DNA of 64,000 nt from an uncultured Bacteroidota bacterium (GTDB taxonomy: Bacteria > Bacteroidota > Ignavibacteria > Palsa-1295): contig OY969726.1 in NCBI GenBank assembly GCA_963702215.1, forward strand, positions 1,681,533-1,745,532, written 5' to 3'. A model generated the notes under the pieces. That model had not been told where the DNA came from. It did no database searches and worked only from the letters and a program-made list of their open reading frames with translations. The position numbers and the translations under genes are program-made. Positions 38,171 through 47,922 of this stretch are shown here, one piece after another. The first letter of the stretch is position 1, and each line of letters begins with the position of its first letter.

Positions 38171-38751
38171 TGAGCAAACTCTCCCGCCTCCATCGTGGTG
38201 ATAAAGTCCTCTGGCAGCCTTCAATTGAGGAGGCGGATGACCACGCACTGCTGAAGCGCGCGCGGTGGTCGGATATGCCGGTGAGCCAGCACGCCGTCGT
38301 CGAAAGCATCAATCGCAAGCAGATTGAAATAACGCTACTCGATTTGCCAGACACAGCAAGCGGCGGTGAAATTCATCTGACTGTACATCGCGCATCGATC
38401 ACGCCGCTGCCGGGGCCTCCTCTGCCCCACGGACGGAAGTCGAAAGTAGATGCAAACGTACGAGAAATAAGGAGAGCGCGCAGTCCGAAAGATGTAATGC
38501 GTGTTGTTACGCGCGTGAACCATCAAGTCGGAATCATCATCAATATTTTGCTCTTTGCCTGGACGGTCTGTTCGTTCCTGAGCATTAAAATCCCACTTTT
38601 CATTTACGGTGCTCTGCCCTCTGGCATTGTACCTCTGCTTGGCCTGCGTGCAAGTGTGCGCGCCGCCGCCAAGAAAAAGCTAGGGAAGGAATACGTGGAG
38701 GAATTCCTGCGGGTTTACAATGGCCGCCGCAAGTGGAAGAGGATTATTTAG
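38170..38751 (+). CDS. hypothetical membrane protein
   Basis: GTG start with a TAGTG overlap on the previous gene. Two C-terminal TM helices. Confidence 0.4.
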   Translation: MSKLSRLHRGDKVLWQPSIEEADDHALLKRARWSDMPVSQHAVVESINRKQIEITLLDLPDTASGGEIHLTVHRASITPLPGPPLPHGRKSKVDANVREIRRARSPKDVMRVVTRVNHQVGIIINILLFAWTVCSFLSIKIPLFIYGALPSGIVPLLGLRASVRAAAKKKLGKEYVEEFLRVYNGRRKWKRII

Positions 38752-39204
38752 CAACCTCGAGGAGCACGAGCGCGGGCTTGTGCGCCTCTCCAATCAGTCG
38801 TTATAGCAACCGGACGTGCGCGGCGCGTCCCTAGGAGCGCCTTCGCGATACCCAAAAACTTCTCACCGCCATGTCCATCATCCCCGCCCATGGCTGGTTT
38901 TTCTATGCTATTCTCTTAGCAAGATAGCTTTCTAAGTTTTTCAAAACCACCCCACAAAAAAGTGAGCAAAAAAGTTACCACTTTTTAAAGACTGGCGAAA
39001 ACAGTCTGCAAATGGCACAGTTCATGAAGCACAAACGCGCGCGCACTATATAAAGTAGTTTTCCGGGATTTTTTCAAGCTGTAGAAAATTTGGAGATTCC
39101 TTCGCGCCGCTCGCAGCGAAGGCGAGTGGGAAAGGATTAGGAAAGAATCTCGGAATATTCCGGATTTTCAGGAACCTGTCAGGAGGGTAGGGAAAGGACG
39201 AAGA

Positions 39205-39396
39205 TTATTGCGCGCGCTTGCCACGCGCACCGGCGAACCACACAATCACTGCCACCGCGACCATTATCCCGCCGATGATGGCCCATTTGCTATCGTTCGT
39301 CATCACGCTGCCGTGAATTACGCCGATGCCCTGTCCGAACCAGACGAGGCCGATGAGGCCGATGATTATTGTAACTACGCGCCAAAGAGTTCGCAT
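39205..39396 (-). CDS. small two-TM hypothetical protein
   Basis: 63 aa with two hydrophobic helices and a basic C-terminus (ARGKRAQ). Confidence 0.35.
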   Translation of the reverse strand: MRTLWRVVTIIIGLIGLVWFGQGIGVIHGSVMTNDSKWAIIGGIMVAVAVIVWFAGARGKRAQ

Positions 39397-39442
39397 TTCA
39401 GACTAACCTTTAATTCGTGGAGTATCATTCCGGCATCGCAGC

Positions 39443-40768
39443 CTACCTTCTGGACCACCCCTTGAGGCGCCGGCGTTCGGCCTGGCTCATCTCGATGGGC
39501 GGCGGGGGCGCATAGCCTTCGCGGATCGTCCGCTCAATTTCGGTTCCCACGCGCTTTTCGATTTCGCGCATTAATGGTTCCTCTTCGGGGCCGACGAGGG
39601 TGATCGCCACACCGGTCTTCTCGGCCCTTGCCGTGCGGCCCACGCGGTGAACGTAATCGTCCGGCGACATCGGCGGCTCGTAGTTGATGACGTGCGTAAT
39701 GTCCTCGATGTCCAGACCGCGCGACGCCACATCGGTTGCGACGAGAATATTAAACTTCCCAGCTTTGAAATTGGCAAGCGCTTTGGTTCGGTCGCTTTGC
39801 GAAAGATCGGAATGCAGTTTTGTAACGCTCATTCCGGCATGGGCAAGGACGTGCGCTACGCGATCCGCATCATGTTTGGTGCGGGTAAAAATGAGGGTTC
39901 GCATCGGGATCGATTCTTGCCCGTCGGTCGTAATTTCCTCCTGCGAAAGTTCCTTTAGCAATTTTAGTAATAGTTCCGGCTTCTTCAGCCGCATCACGGA
40001 ATAGACCTTTTGTGTAATCCCCTCGGCGGGTTTGCGCCGACCGCCGACCTCGATCAGCGTCGGATCGTGAGTGAGGCGGCGGGCGAGTTCCTCGATGTCG
40101 TGCGAGAGCGTAGCGGAAAACATCAGCGTTTGGCGGTCATGCGGGACGTGGGCGGTGATGCGCTTGATCTGCGGCAGGAAGCCCATATCGAGCATACGAT
40201 CGGCCTCGTCGAGCACCAGAAACTCGACGACGGCGAGCGAAACGACGCGCTGATTGAGGAGGTCGTTCAGCCGGCCGGGCGTGGCGATGAGGACGTCGCA
40301 GCCGCGGGAGAGTTCCCGCTCCTGGGGCCGCTGCCCGACGCCACCGAAGATGACGACGGCGCGCAGTCGGGTTCCCTGCGCGAAGCTGACGGTCGCCTCG
40401 TGAATTTGCGTAGCGAGTTCCCGCGTGGGGGTGAGCACGAGGACGCGCGGCTGCTCCTTATGCTTCGGCGGTGGCGAGCAGATAAGCGCATCCAAAAGTG
40501 GTAACATAAAAGCGGCGGTTTTGCCGGTCCCCGTTTGGGCGATGCCGATGGCATCGTGCCCCTCTAAGATGAGGGGAATTGCTTCCCTCTGGATTGGAGT
40601 CGGCGTGGAATAGCCAATCTGCTGCACGCGTTCGCAGATTTCAGGGATGAGGCCGAGTTCGAAGAATGGGAGCTTTTCTGTGGTTGCCTCACGCTCCCCC
40701 TCCGCTTCGGTGTGGTGAGCCACTGGCTCGCTGTGGTGAGATTCGGCGTTGTGATTCTTTTTTGTCAT
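39443..40768 (-). CDS. DEAD-box ATP-dependent RNA helicase
   Basis: Q-motif (…TPTPIQ…), Walker A AQTGTGKT, DEAD, SAT and HRVGRTAR motifs. Both termini are His/charge-rich. Confidence 0.9.
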   Translation of the reverse strand: MTKKNHNAESHHSEPVAHHTEAEGEREATTEKLPFFELGLIPEICERVQQIGYSTPTPIQREAIPLILEGHDAIGIAQTGTGKTAAFMLPLLDALICSPPPKHKEQPRVLVLTPTRELATQIHEATVSFAQGTRLRAVVIFGGVGQRPQERELSRGCDVLIATPGRLNDLLNQRVVSLAVVEFLVLDEADRMLDMGFLPQIKRITAHVPHDRQTLMFSATLSHDIEELARRLTHDPTLIEVGGRRKPAEGITQKVYSVMRLKKPELLLKLLKELSQEEITTDGQESIPMRTLIFTRTKHDADRVAHVLAHAGMSVTKLHSDLSQSDRTKALANFKAGKFNILVATDVASRGLDIEDITHVINYEPPMSPDDYVHRVGRTARAEKTGVAITLVGPEEEPLMREIEKRVGTEIERTIREGYAPPPPIEMSQAERRRLKGWSRR

Positions 40769-40864
40769 TTAACTCTGCGGGTAACGCTTTTTTGGATGAG
40801 AGGGGTTCAGGCAGCGCGGTTATCTTTTCGGGATGTTCTGGAATCTTCGGGCGTTTGCCTTTAG

Positions 40865-41284
40865 ATGAAAACACGCGGCTCTTTTAGTCCCGCCAAATGG
40901 GACGAACGGACGGTCGATCAAATTTCGGCCACAAAGAAAATAACAAAGGCGTCCGTTGTTCTCGAATTTGGCGAGACGGGCGAAATGTCAGGGAAAGCCA
41001 CGGTCGAGTGGCTCATGTTTTATAAATACGCGGATGAGAAGGACCAGCATAATTCCTCCGCGACGTTTGTTGGACTCATGCGATTCGAAGGAACGCTCAA
41101 TGGCAAGATGGGTTCGTTTGTTATGGAAGATCGTGGCACGTTCGACAGTGGTGGGTTGAACGCGGCGTTAACCATTCTGGAAGGTTCGGGGACCGGGGAA
41201 CTCGAAGGGATGAGTGGTAGGGCGAGATACAGCTCTAAAGGAATGGCGGTTGACTTCGAGATCGAGTATGAGTGGAAGAGCTGA
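40865..41284 (+). CDS. DUF3224 domain protein
   Basis: 139 aa with '…GEMSGKATVEWLMFY…FEGTLNGKMGSFVMEDRGTFDSGG…', the DUF3224 pattern. Confidence 0.65.
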   Translation: MKTRGSFSPAKWDERTVDQISATKKITKASVVLEFGETGEMSGKATVEWLMFYKYADEKDQHNSSATFVGLMRFEGTLNGKMGSFVMEDRGTFDSGGLNAALTILEGSGTGELEGMSGRARYSSKGMAVDFEIEYEWKS

Positions 41285-41438
41285 GCATTTCTGCTCGGAC
41301 ATTCTTTCCTCCGCCCGCCTTTAGCCCGCCGAAAGAGACCTTCCTGGTCCCCGAAGGTTATTTGTTGTCAAAAGGACGTGAACCTTCCGTCGCTCGTAGA
41401 GTTGTGTGGCACGATTTCCCTGTTCTGAGGGGATCCCC

Positions 41439-41993
41439 CTACCGGCTACCGCCTCGCATCGACTCGGCAATGAGAGTAGCAATCTCTTCAAAGAAGAGAA
41501 GATCGTCGCCATCGAAAGACCGGCCCGTGCCGGAGGTGAGAAGCGTCAGCGCACCCAGGATATGCCCGCGCGCCACCAATGGCACGCAGATATACGAGCG
41601 GACGGCGAGGCCATCCAATATAAGTTCCGCTTCCGGGAAAAGGCGCCCGGCGATTCTGTCGCTCACGCCCGGAATGAATTGGGACTTGCCCGTCTTGATC
41701 ACACGCGGATAACCGTACGATGACGTCATGGCTAAAGGATGATCCGCGCGTTCTTTAATTAGCACGTTCTGCTTGTCGCCATCGGCGTGGCGGGTAAAGG
41801 CGCGCACGAGGGAACCATCGTCCTGAATCAAATCGATGGAAGCGGAATCGGTCGCCTCGTTAATCAATATTGCGAGAACCGCGGCAACCAGCGTATCGGA
41901 CGTCCCATCGTTGGATAACGCATCCTGAACCCTTAGACGAATGACGTCTCGGTCGCCGGTGCGAATAATTCCGTTCCTCTTGTTAGTTCCCAT
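41439..41993 (-). CDS. GAF domain protein
   Basis: 184 aa with a GAF-like core (…SYICVPLVARGHILGALTL…). Confidence 0.7.
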   Translation of the reverse strand: MGTNKRNGIIRTGDRDVIRLRVQDALSNDGTSDTLVAAVLAILINEATDSASIDLIQDDGSLVRAFTRHADGDKQNVLIKERADHPLAMTSSYGYPRVIKTGKSQFIPGVSDRIAGRLFPEAELILDGLAVRSYICVPLVARGHILGALTLLTSGTGRSFDGDDLLFFEEIATLIAESMRGGSR

Positions 41994-42898
41994 GGATTCC
42001 AGTTCTTGCAGCCTGCATAAAGAATTTCGAACAGTTAGACGAGTCGTTACGCTGAACGCGGCCGCAGTTCACGAATGTTGTCCATGCGGAGCAGCCGTGC
42101 TTAGTACGGAGAGAGAAATTGGAACCATAACAGTGGAATCGAACTCACGCGGGCGGTTCCATCCGAGTGCACTTCGCCGTCCCCCGGCGGGCTTCGTAGC
42201 GTCCGGTTGTCGCAGTGCGGTTCAGGCGATGCCTGCACTCCGGCATGAAATACGGTCAGTTGAAAACGGACCGTGCAAAGAGTAGTCGATAAAACTGCAA
42301 CGCCGATAAGGTTCCCATTCCGTCCCATCGAGCCACCAATGATCCTCGGAGGCTGGCTGAGCCGGGGAGGCCGGATCGATTCATCCGGCGAAGCGCTGCA
42401 AAGAACGAAGACGGCATTAAGCGGAAGCATCCGGCTTAATAAAGAATCAGTGTGCAGTTCAGGCCGTGCCGCACATCGGGATCAGGAACACACCCTGCTA
42501 CTTTGGTGCCGCAGCAGCATGCACCATCGAGCCATGAAGATACCCAAAATCAGAATCGAAGGTTCCGGTAAATGAAAGAAATTTTCATAAAACTCCTGGA
42601 GGAGAAAACCAGGACAGATCGTCAGACTATTCGGTCATGACAAAAGCACGAGTTCGATTCAACTTTCGCGTAATCACGTTGGCGGTAAGATGAGAAGCGT
42701 AGTTTAATCATAAATTTTGGATTGAAAAAAGCCTAAAAATCGAAGAGAGCCGCTTGGCGTGGATAACAATGCAGAACGACTCCAAGCAGAGCGCATTCAT
42801 CCAATAAAACAAAGGTCGAAACATGAAGAGATTTATCCACATCCGGATATGGAGGAAACGCAAATCACCGGAATTCAAACAAAACATAAGTTACCAAA

Positions 42899-43900
42899 TC
42901 AAGCCTCGGCAGCGTCCTCTCGCTTCTCTTTGAAAAGCTCCAATCGTTCGACACAACGCTCCACCGAAGTAATCTGCATCAGTTCCGAACGGACCCGCGA
43001 ACCGCCGTGAACTTCCCGCAAATATCCAGCATAATGCTTTCGAAACGCGAAAACACCCCGCTGTTCGCCGCGAATTTCGCAGGAATGAAGTAGATGACGA
43101 ACGCACAGCTCAATGCGCTCCTCGATGGTTGGCTGCCGGTAAGAGCCCGTTGCCCGAAACTCCTTAATTTGCTGGAAAATAAAGGGATTTGTGATGGCTC
43201 CGCGCGCGATCATCACGCCATCGGCTCCGGTTTCTCGGAACGCGCGCTCCGCATCTTCCGGAGTTTTTACATCGCCGTTCAGGAATACGGGAATCGAAAC
43301 CACCTGCTTAATGCGAGGAATCCAGCTCCAATCCGCCTGGCCATTGTGACCCTGGGAACGGGTGCGGCAATGAATAGTAAGCGCCTTCGCTCCAGCCTGC
43401 TCCAGCATTGGGGCGATATTCAGAATATTGATCGTCTCATGGTCCCAACCCAGCCGGGTTTTCACTGTAACAGGTAATTTCACAGCGTCGGCAACTGCAC
43501 GGACCATCCGCTCCATTCGAGGCGGATCCTTCAATAATCCCGCACCGGCGCCGTGCCCCACCACGTTTTTCACCCAGCAACCGCAATTAATGTCGACGAA
43601 ATCCGGCTCGGCTGCTTCGGAAATTTGGGCGGCTTCTCGCATCACATCCGGATCGCCGCCATAGATTTGGATGGCAACCGGTCGCTCTTTTGGGTCAGTC
43701 ACGAGCTTTTTGACCGATTTCGCTGCCTGCCGGATCAGCGCCTCGCTTGAAATAAACTCGGTGTAAACGGCATCGGCACCGTGCTCGCGCATGATGAGCC
43801 GGAAGGAAACATCCGTGACGTCCTCCATTGGCGCCAGCAGCAAAAGCTGCTTCGGATGATCGCTCATCCGGCCAAGCTCCAAATTGCCGATCTTTACCAT
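42899..43900 (-). CDS. dus: tRNA-dihydrouridine synthase
   Basis: '…LLLAPMEDVTDVSFRLI…' FMN-binding TIM barrel. 333 aa. Confidence 0.85.
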   Translation of the reverse strand: MVKIGNLELGRMSDHPKQLLLLAPMEDVTDVSFRLIMREHGADAVYTEFISSEALIRQAAKSVKKLVTDPKERPVAIQIYGGDPDVMREAAQISEAAEPDFVDINCGCWVKNVVGHGAGAGLLKDPPRMERMVRAVADAVKLPVTVKTRLGWDHETINILNIAPMLEQAGAKALTIHCRTRSQGHNGQADWSWIPRIKQVVSIPVFLNGDVKTPEDAERAFRETGADGVMIARGAITNPFIFQQIKEFRATGSYRQPTIEERIELCVRHLLHSCEIRGEQRGVFAFRKHYAGYLREVHGGSRVRSELMQITSVERCVERLELFKEKREDAAEA

Positions 43901-44041
43901 TCTGCCATGCCTAAACGAGAATTTGGGAAGGAAGTTCTACCTGCGCTATTAAACCAATCTTCATCCACGACAGCAAGGGACGCGTTGGACATTAACGACT
44001 GAAAGAGCTTTTTATCTTTTTCGTCCCCTAGCCGTTGGGCT

Positions 44042-44995
44042 TTACGCATCACGCATTACCGTAACCAGCTCATGTGCCAAATCGAAGCTGGTTCGCTGGT
44101 GTGCAACGATTCGGTCCAATTCGGCTTCCAAGAGGGCCGATCGATCCGGCGTCCAAAAATCGACGCGGCGCATCACTTCCACCAGTTCACGCACGCGTTC
44201 GCGCTCGCGCCCCTTGCGGCGGGTCAGAAGCTGACCGGTCGATTCGAGGTATGTGCGATGTTTCTCGATTTCGCGCAACACATCCGCCGTGCCGATATTC
44301 TTGCTTGCTGTCGTTTTGATAACAGGCGGAATCCATTCATCGGCCGCATGGGTGATGCGCATGGTCAGGATGGTCTTCAGTGCGCGAACCGCCTGATCGG
44401 CACCTTCGCGGTCGCTTTTGTTGACGACAAAGAAATCGGCGATTTCCATCAGCCCCGATTTCATTGCCTGCACCGCATCGCCGGATTCAGGAACTAACAC
44501 AACGATCGTTGTATCCGCGGCTTTTGCGATGTCGAGCTCCGATTGGCCGACGCCAACCGTTTCGAAGATCACAAAATCGAAACCGGCGGCATCGAGGATA
44601 TCGGCGGCGTCCTTCGCTTTCGCGGAAAGCCCGCCGAGCGATCCGCGCGTGGCCATCGAGCGAACATACACGCCCGCGTCCATCGAAATTTCCTGCATAC
44701 GTATGCGGTCGCCCAGGAGCGCGCCGCCGGTAAACGGCGAGGTGGGATCGACGGCGATGATTCCGACGCTCCTTCCTTGCGAGCGAAGTAGTTTTGTGAG
44801 TTCCGCGGTGAGCGTGGATTTCCCTGCGCCCGGCGGACCAGTTATGCCGACGCGATAAGCGCGGCCAGTATGTGGTGCGAGCAGGTGCAGCAAGGTGCCA
44901 GTTTCGGGAGAATCATTTTCGACGAGAGAAATCGCGCGCGCAACGGCGCGGCGGTCGCGCTTCGAAACCTGCGCGGCAAGCTCGGCAGTAGTCAT
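44042..44995 (-). CDS. meaB: methylmalonyl-CoA-mutase-associated GTPase MeaB/ArgK family
   Basis: P-loop GITGPPGAGKST, '…DPTSPFTGGALLGDR…', and switch regions. The start was chosen at MTTAELAAQ to avoid a 77-nt overlap. Confidence 0.8.
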   Translation of the reverse strand: MTTAELAAQVSKRDRRAVARAISLVENDSPETGTLLHLLAPHTGRAYRVGITGPPGAGKSTLTAELTKLLRSQGRSVGIIAVDPTSPFTGGALLGDRIRMQEISMDAGVYVRSMATRGSLGGLSAKAKDAADILDAAGFDFVIFETVGVGQSELDIAKAADTTIVVLVPESGDAVQAMKSGLMEIADFFVVNKSDREGADQAVRALKTILTMRITHAADEWIPPVIKTTASKNIGTADVLREIEKHRTYLESTGQLLTRRKGRERERVRELVEVMRRVDFWTPDRSALLEAELDRIVAHQRTSFDLAHELVTVMRDA

Positions 44996-45053
44996 CGGGG
45001 GCAGTAAACGTGTGCTCGAGCGTTTTCGAGCCGGCCCTGAGCGTGTCGAAAGA

Positions 45054-45932
45054 TCACGAGTGGGCGATGCAGATAAAATTCTCGGTCCAAACCGCTTGCG
45101 ATTTATTAGACTCGATTCGCCGAACCACATTTGCGGCCGCGCGAATTATTTTCCATGCGAGCGCGCGGAAGGCTCCCCTGTTTCCTTTGGGAACCGGCGC
45201 ACATTCGTAGGAACGAATATCTTGGAATCCCGTCGCGCGAAGCAGTTGGCCTAGCGAGCCGGGCGAGAGAATTGTTTCATGCGTAAGATCGCCATACATT
45301 ACCTGTCGCGCGAAGAGGCCTTCCGCATTTGGAGTTTGAAGTAAAAGAGTGCCACCGGGCTTCATGGCAGCATGAATCGCTCCGAACATGCGAAGAAGCT
45401 CATCTTTTGTAAAATGCTCGGCGAAGTCAATCGCAATGACCGCTTCGAATCCTTCAGAGTGTCGGTCCAGGAATTCAAAAACATCGGCCAATTCCGCATC
45501 GAGCCGATCGCGCAGAGCGATGTCGATTTGCTCCTGCGAGATATCAATGCCCTTCGCCTTGTCAAATCCTTTATGTCGAAGATAATTAAGAATCCTTCCA
45601 TGGCCGCAGCCCAATTCGAGAATCGAAGCCGACTGCGGGAGATGCTTTAGGTGAGGAAAATACCGGGCATCGCACCATCCATAATAATGGCGAAGTTCCG
45701 TGGGGGTGAGGGCCGCATTCTCCGGCTTGAACTCGCTGACGTAGCGATTATAGAGTTCCCGAACCGAACCTGGAGTGCGCGGATTAGTTGGATTCACTGG
45801 ATTACTTTCGGGAGGATCAAGTTTGCTTGAACTCGAACTATGGGGGTTCAGTGGGTTTCCTGCCTTCGGCAGATTTGTTTTGAGTTTTGGTTTTAGGTCG
45901 CTATACACAGCCGATGTATTCCGCAGCTCCAT
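45054..45932 (-). CDS. class I SAM-dependent methyltransferase
   Basis: Motif I 'ILELGCGHGRIL' and a motif II/III pattern. Confidence 0.7.
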   Translation of the reverse strand: MELRNTSAVYSDLKPKLKTNLPKAGNPLNPHSSSSSKLDPPESNPVNPTNPRTPGSVRELYNRYVSEFKPENAALTPTELRHYYGWCDARYFPHLKHLPQSASILELGCGHGRILNYLRHKGFDKAKGIDISQEQIDIALRDRLDAELADVFEFLDRHSEGFEAVIAIDFAEHFTKDELLRMFGAIHAAMKPGGTLLLQTPNAEGLFARQVMYGDLTHETILSPGSLGQLLRATGFQDIRSYECAPVPKGNRGAFRALAWKIIRAAANVVRRIESNKSQAVWTENFICIAHS

Positions 45933-47084
45933 CTAGTACGCGTGGACCAGATTCAGAGGCTTCCGATAGACTCGGTACGTCTTATACCTCACCCCGTTCA
46001 TCATCTCCGCGGCTCGGTTCATAGGCACATTCGTTTCCTGCACCCACGATGCCTCGCCGTAATGGTAACCTTTTCGCTTGGCGGTGTTCATCGTTTCCGA
46101 ATAAAGCATTGCATCCACACCGCGGCCACGATATTCTTTGAGCACGCCAAGCACGATAATGCGAACCGTATCGATTGCTTTCTTTTTCGTCATGAGCTTC
46201 CAGATCCCCACCGGCAGATTCATTGCGCCGCGGGGAATTGAGGTTCCCGTATGAAAAGCCTGATTCACGTCCGGTAACGAAAGCGCGAAACCAACAGCTT
46301 TGCCATCCACTTCGGCGAAGAGAACTAACTCAGGATCGTAAATCTGCTTCAGATCCTTTGCAAGAAAATCCATCTCGGCATCGGTAAACGGGACGAATCC
46401 AACATTCTCCCAGGCATTATTGTAAATTTGCTTGATGCGCTCCACTTCGGCGTTGAATTGCTTCGTATTCATTGGCCGCACAGTAACCTTTCCCCGCGTG
46501 GCTAAGGCGCTCGAAACGCGCGCGAGCTTTTCGGAACGCGCCGTATCCTGCGAAAGCAACCAGGCGTATAAATCCTGATCTTTGATAAATCCATTCTGCT
46601 CGATGAGTGAGGCGTAGTAGGGCGGATTATACGTCATGAGTAGCACCGGCGGCCGGTTGAAGCCTTCGACGAGCAAGCCGTACTCATCATTCGAGGATGG
46701 ATTCGCGGGGCCATAGACGACGTTCATCCCGCGCCCTCGGAGCCAGCCCTCCGCCTCTCGGAAGAGCGCGGAGGCAACACTGAAATCATTAATGGATTCG
46801 AAAAATCCGAAAAAGCCGGCTTTCTCATTCTGCACTTCATTGTAATTGTGGTTCACGATCGCGGCGATACGGCCCACCGGTTTTCCGTTTCGTTCCGCCA
46901 GCCACCAACCGCTATCTGCGTGGGAATAGAAAGGATTCTTTACCTCGTCGATGAGTTTCATCCGGTCCATTTCGAGTGGTGGAACCCAATTTGGATCACC
47001 CGCATAGATATCCCACATCATGCGCACGAAACGTCGCTTATCGGCTTTCGTTGATAGTTGGCGAATGGTTATCGAATCACTCAT
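45933..47084 (-). CDS. GNAT-family N-acetyltransferase (long, ~380 aa type)
   Basis: '…IRQL…FVRMMWDIYAGDPNWVPPL…' and a C-terminal acetyl-CoA binding 'RGRGVDAMLY'. Confidence 0.6.
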   Translation of the reverse strand: MSDSITIRQLSTKADKRRFVRMMWDIYAGDPNWVPPLEMDRMKLIDEVKNPFYSHADSGWWLAERNGKPVGRIAAIVNHNYNEVQNEKAGFFGFFESINDFSVASALFREAEGWLRGRGMNVVYGPANPSSNDEYGLLVEGFNRPPVLLMTYNPPYYASLIEQNGFIKDQDLYAWLLSQDTARSEKLARVSSALATRGKVTVRPMNTKQFNAEVERIKQIYNNAWENVGFVPFTDAEMDFLAKDLKQIYDPELVLFAEVDGKAVGFALSLPDVNQAFHTGTSIPRGAMNLPVGIWKLMTKKKAIDTVRIIVLGVLKEYRGRGVDAMLYSETMNTAKRKGYHYGEASWVQETNVPMNRAAEMMNGVRYKTYRVYRKPLNLVHAY

Positions 47085-47772
47085 GGTTTGGCGCCGACCC
47101 TTCTTCCTTTTGCTTCGTTAGTTGGTTCGCTTTCGCGTTCGCACGGCGCAGCGCCTCGTTAGCTGCGTTCAGTGTTTTCGAATCGGCATCGACCGTGCCC
47201 ATCAACTGCATGTATTCTTTAACCTGGTCGTGAGTCTCGAAGACCGGTTGGTCTTTACGAATCGTGTAATGCGTATGCTGCAAAAAAAGCAGGGCATCGA
47301 GCACGTCCGCATAGACTTTGTTCATCGCATCGAGAAAATTATTGAAGGCGGTGCGTTCAGTTCGGAACGAAGTTTCGACGTTCGCCGCATCGAGCACTTT
47401 CAAGTTAGCCGGCCGGTCTTCAGAGAGCACGTACATGGAATCGAGGAACGAATGATCGAGCGAATCGCTCCACTGGCGCTCCCGCTGGAGGTACGTCGCG
47501 AAGTCCATAACACGCGCGACGTTTGCGGTAACATCGGTCGAATCCAAGTGCTGCGGAGCCAATGGTTGGGCAGCGTTCATTTCCGCAATGTGCGCGTTGA
47601 ATTCCACATTCTCGGCGTTTTGTCCGGCGGTCATGGAATTAATGTTGCCATTCAGCCGCTGGACGTAAATGGCCTCGGGGCTTCCGGCAACAAGTTTGGT
47701 CTGTGCGTTCAACTGCCCCGCCGTCGCCAGCAACAGCAACGGGAGGCATCGTCTTCCGAAATTACTTGACAT
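47077..47772 (-). CDS. secreted hypothetical protein
   Basis: Signal peptide 'LPLLLLATAGQLNAQ'. No family recognised. Confidence 0.45.
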   Translation of the reverse strand: MSSNFGRRCLPLLLLATAGQLNAQTKLVAGSPEAIYVQRLNGNINSMTAGQNAENVEFNAHIAEMNAAQPLAPQHLDSTDVTANVARVMDFATYLQRERQWSDSLDHSFLDSMYVLSEDRPANLKVLDAANVETSFRTERTAFNNFLDAMNKVYADVLDALLFLQHTHYTIRKDQPVFETHDQVKEYMQLMGTVDADSKTLNAANEALRRANAKANQLTKQKEEGSAPNHE

Positions 47773-47922
47773 GTACGTTCCGTAACGGCGAAGCGATTGG
47801 GAAAGATTCGTAAAACATTTTGAAACGGGTGGAATGCCGCTCCGGTTAATCGCGTTTTAGCATTTGCGGCTCTGACCCACCGGGCAGGCTTACGAAATCC
47901 GCACAACCCAGGTTCTCTCTTT

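Noticed and set aside
42121-42175. tRNA-like 'GAGTTCGATTCC' T-loop motif on the minus strand (suspected tRNA or tmRNA 3' end)
   Set aside because: The flanking bases cannot form a T-stem (GTGAG vs CCACT). There is no acceptor-stem complement and no CCA context.
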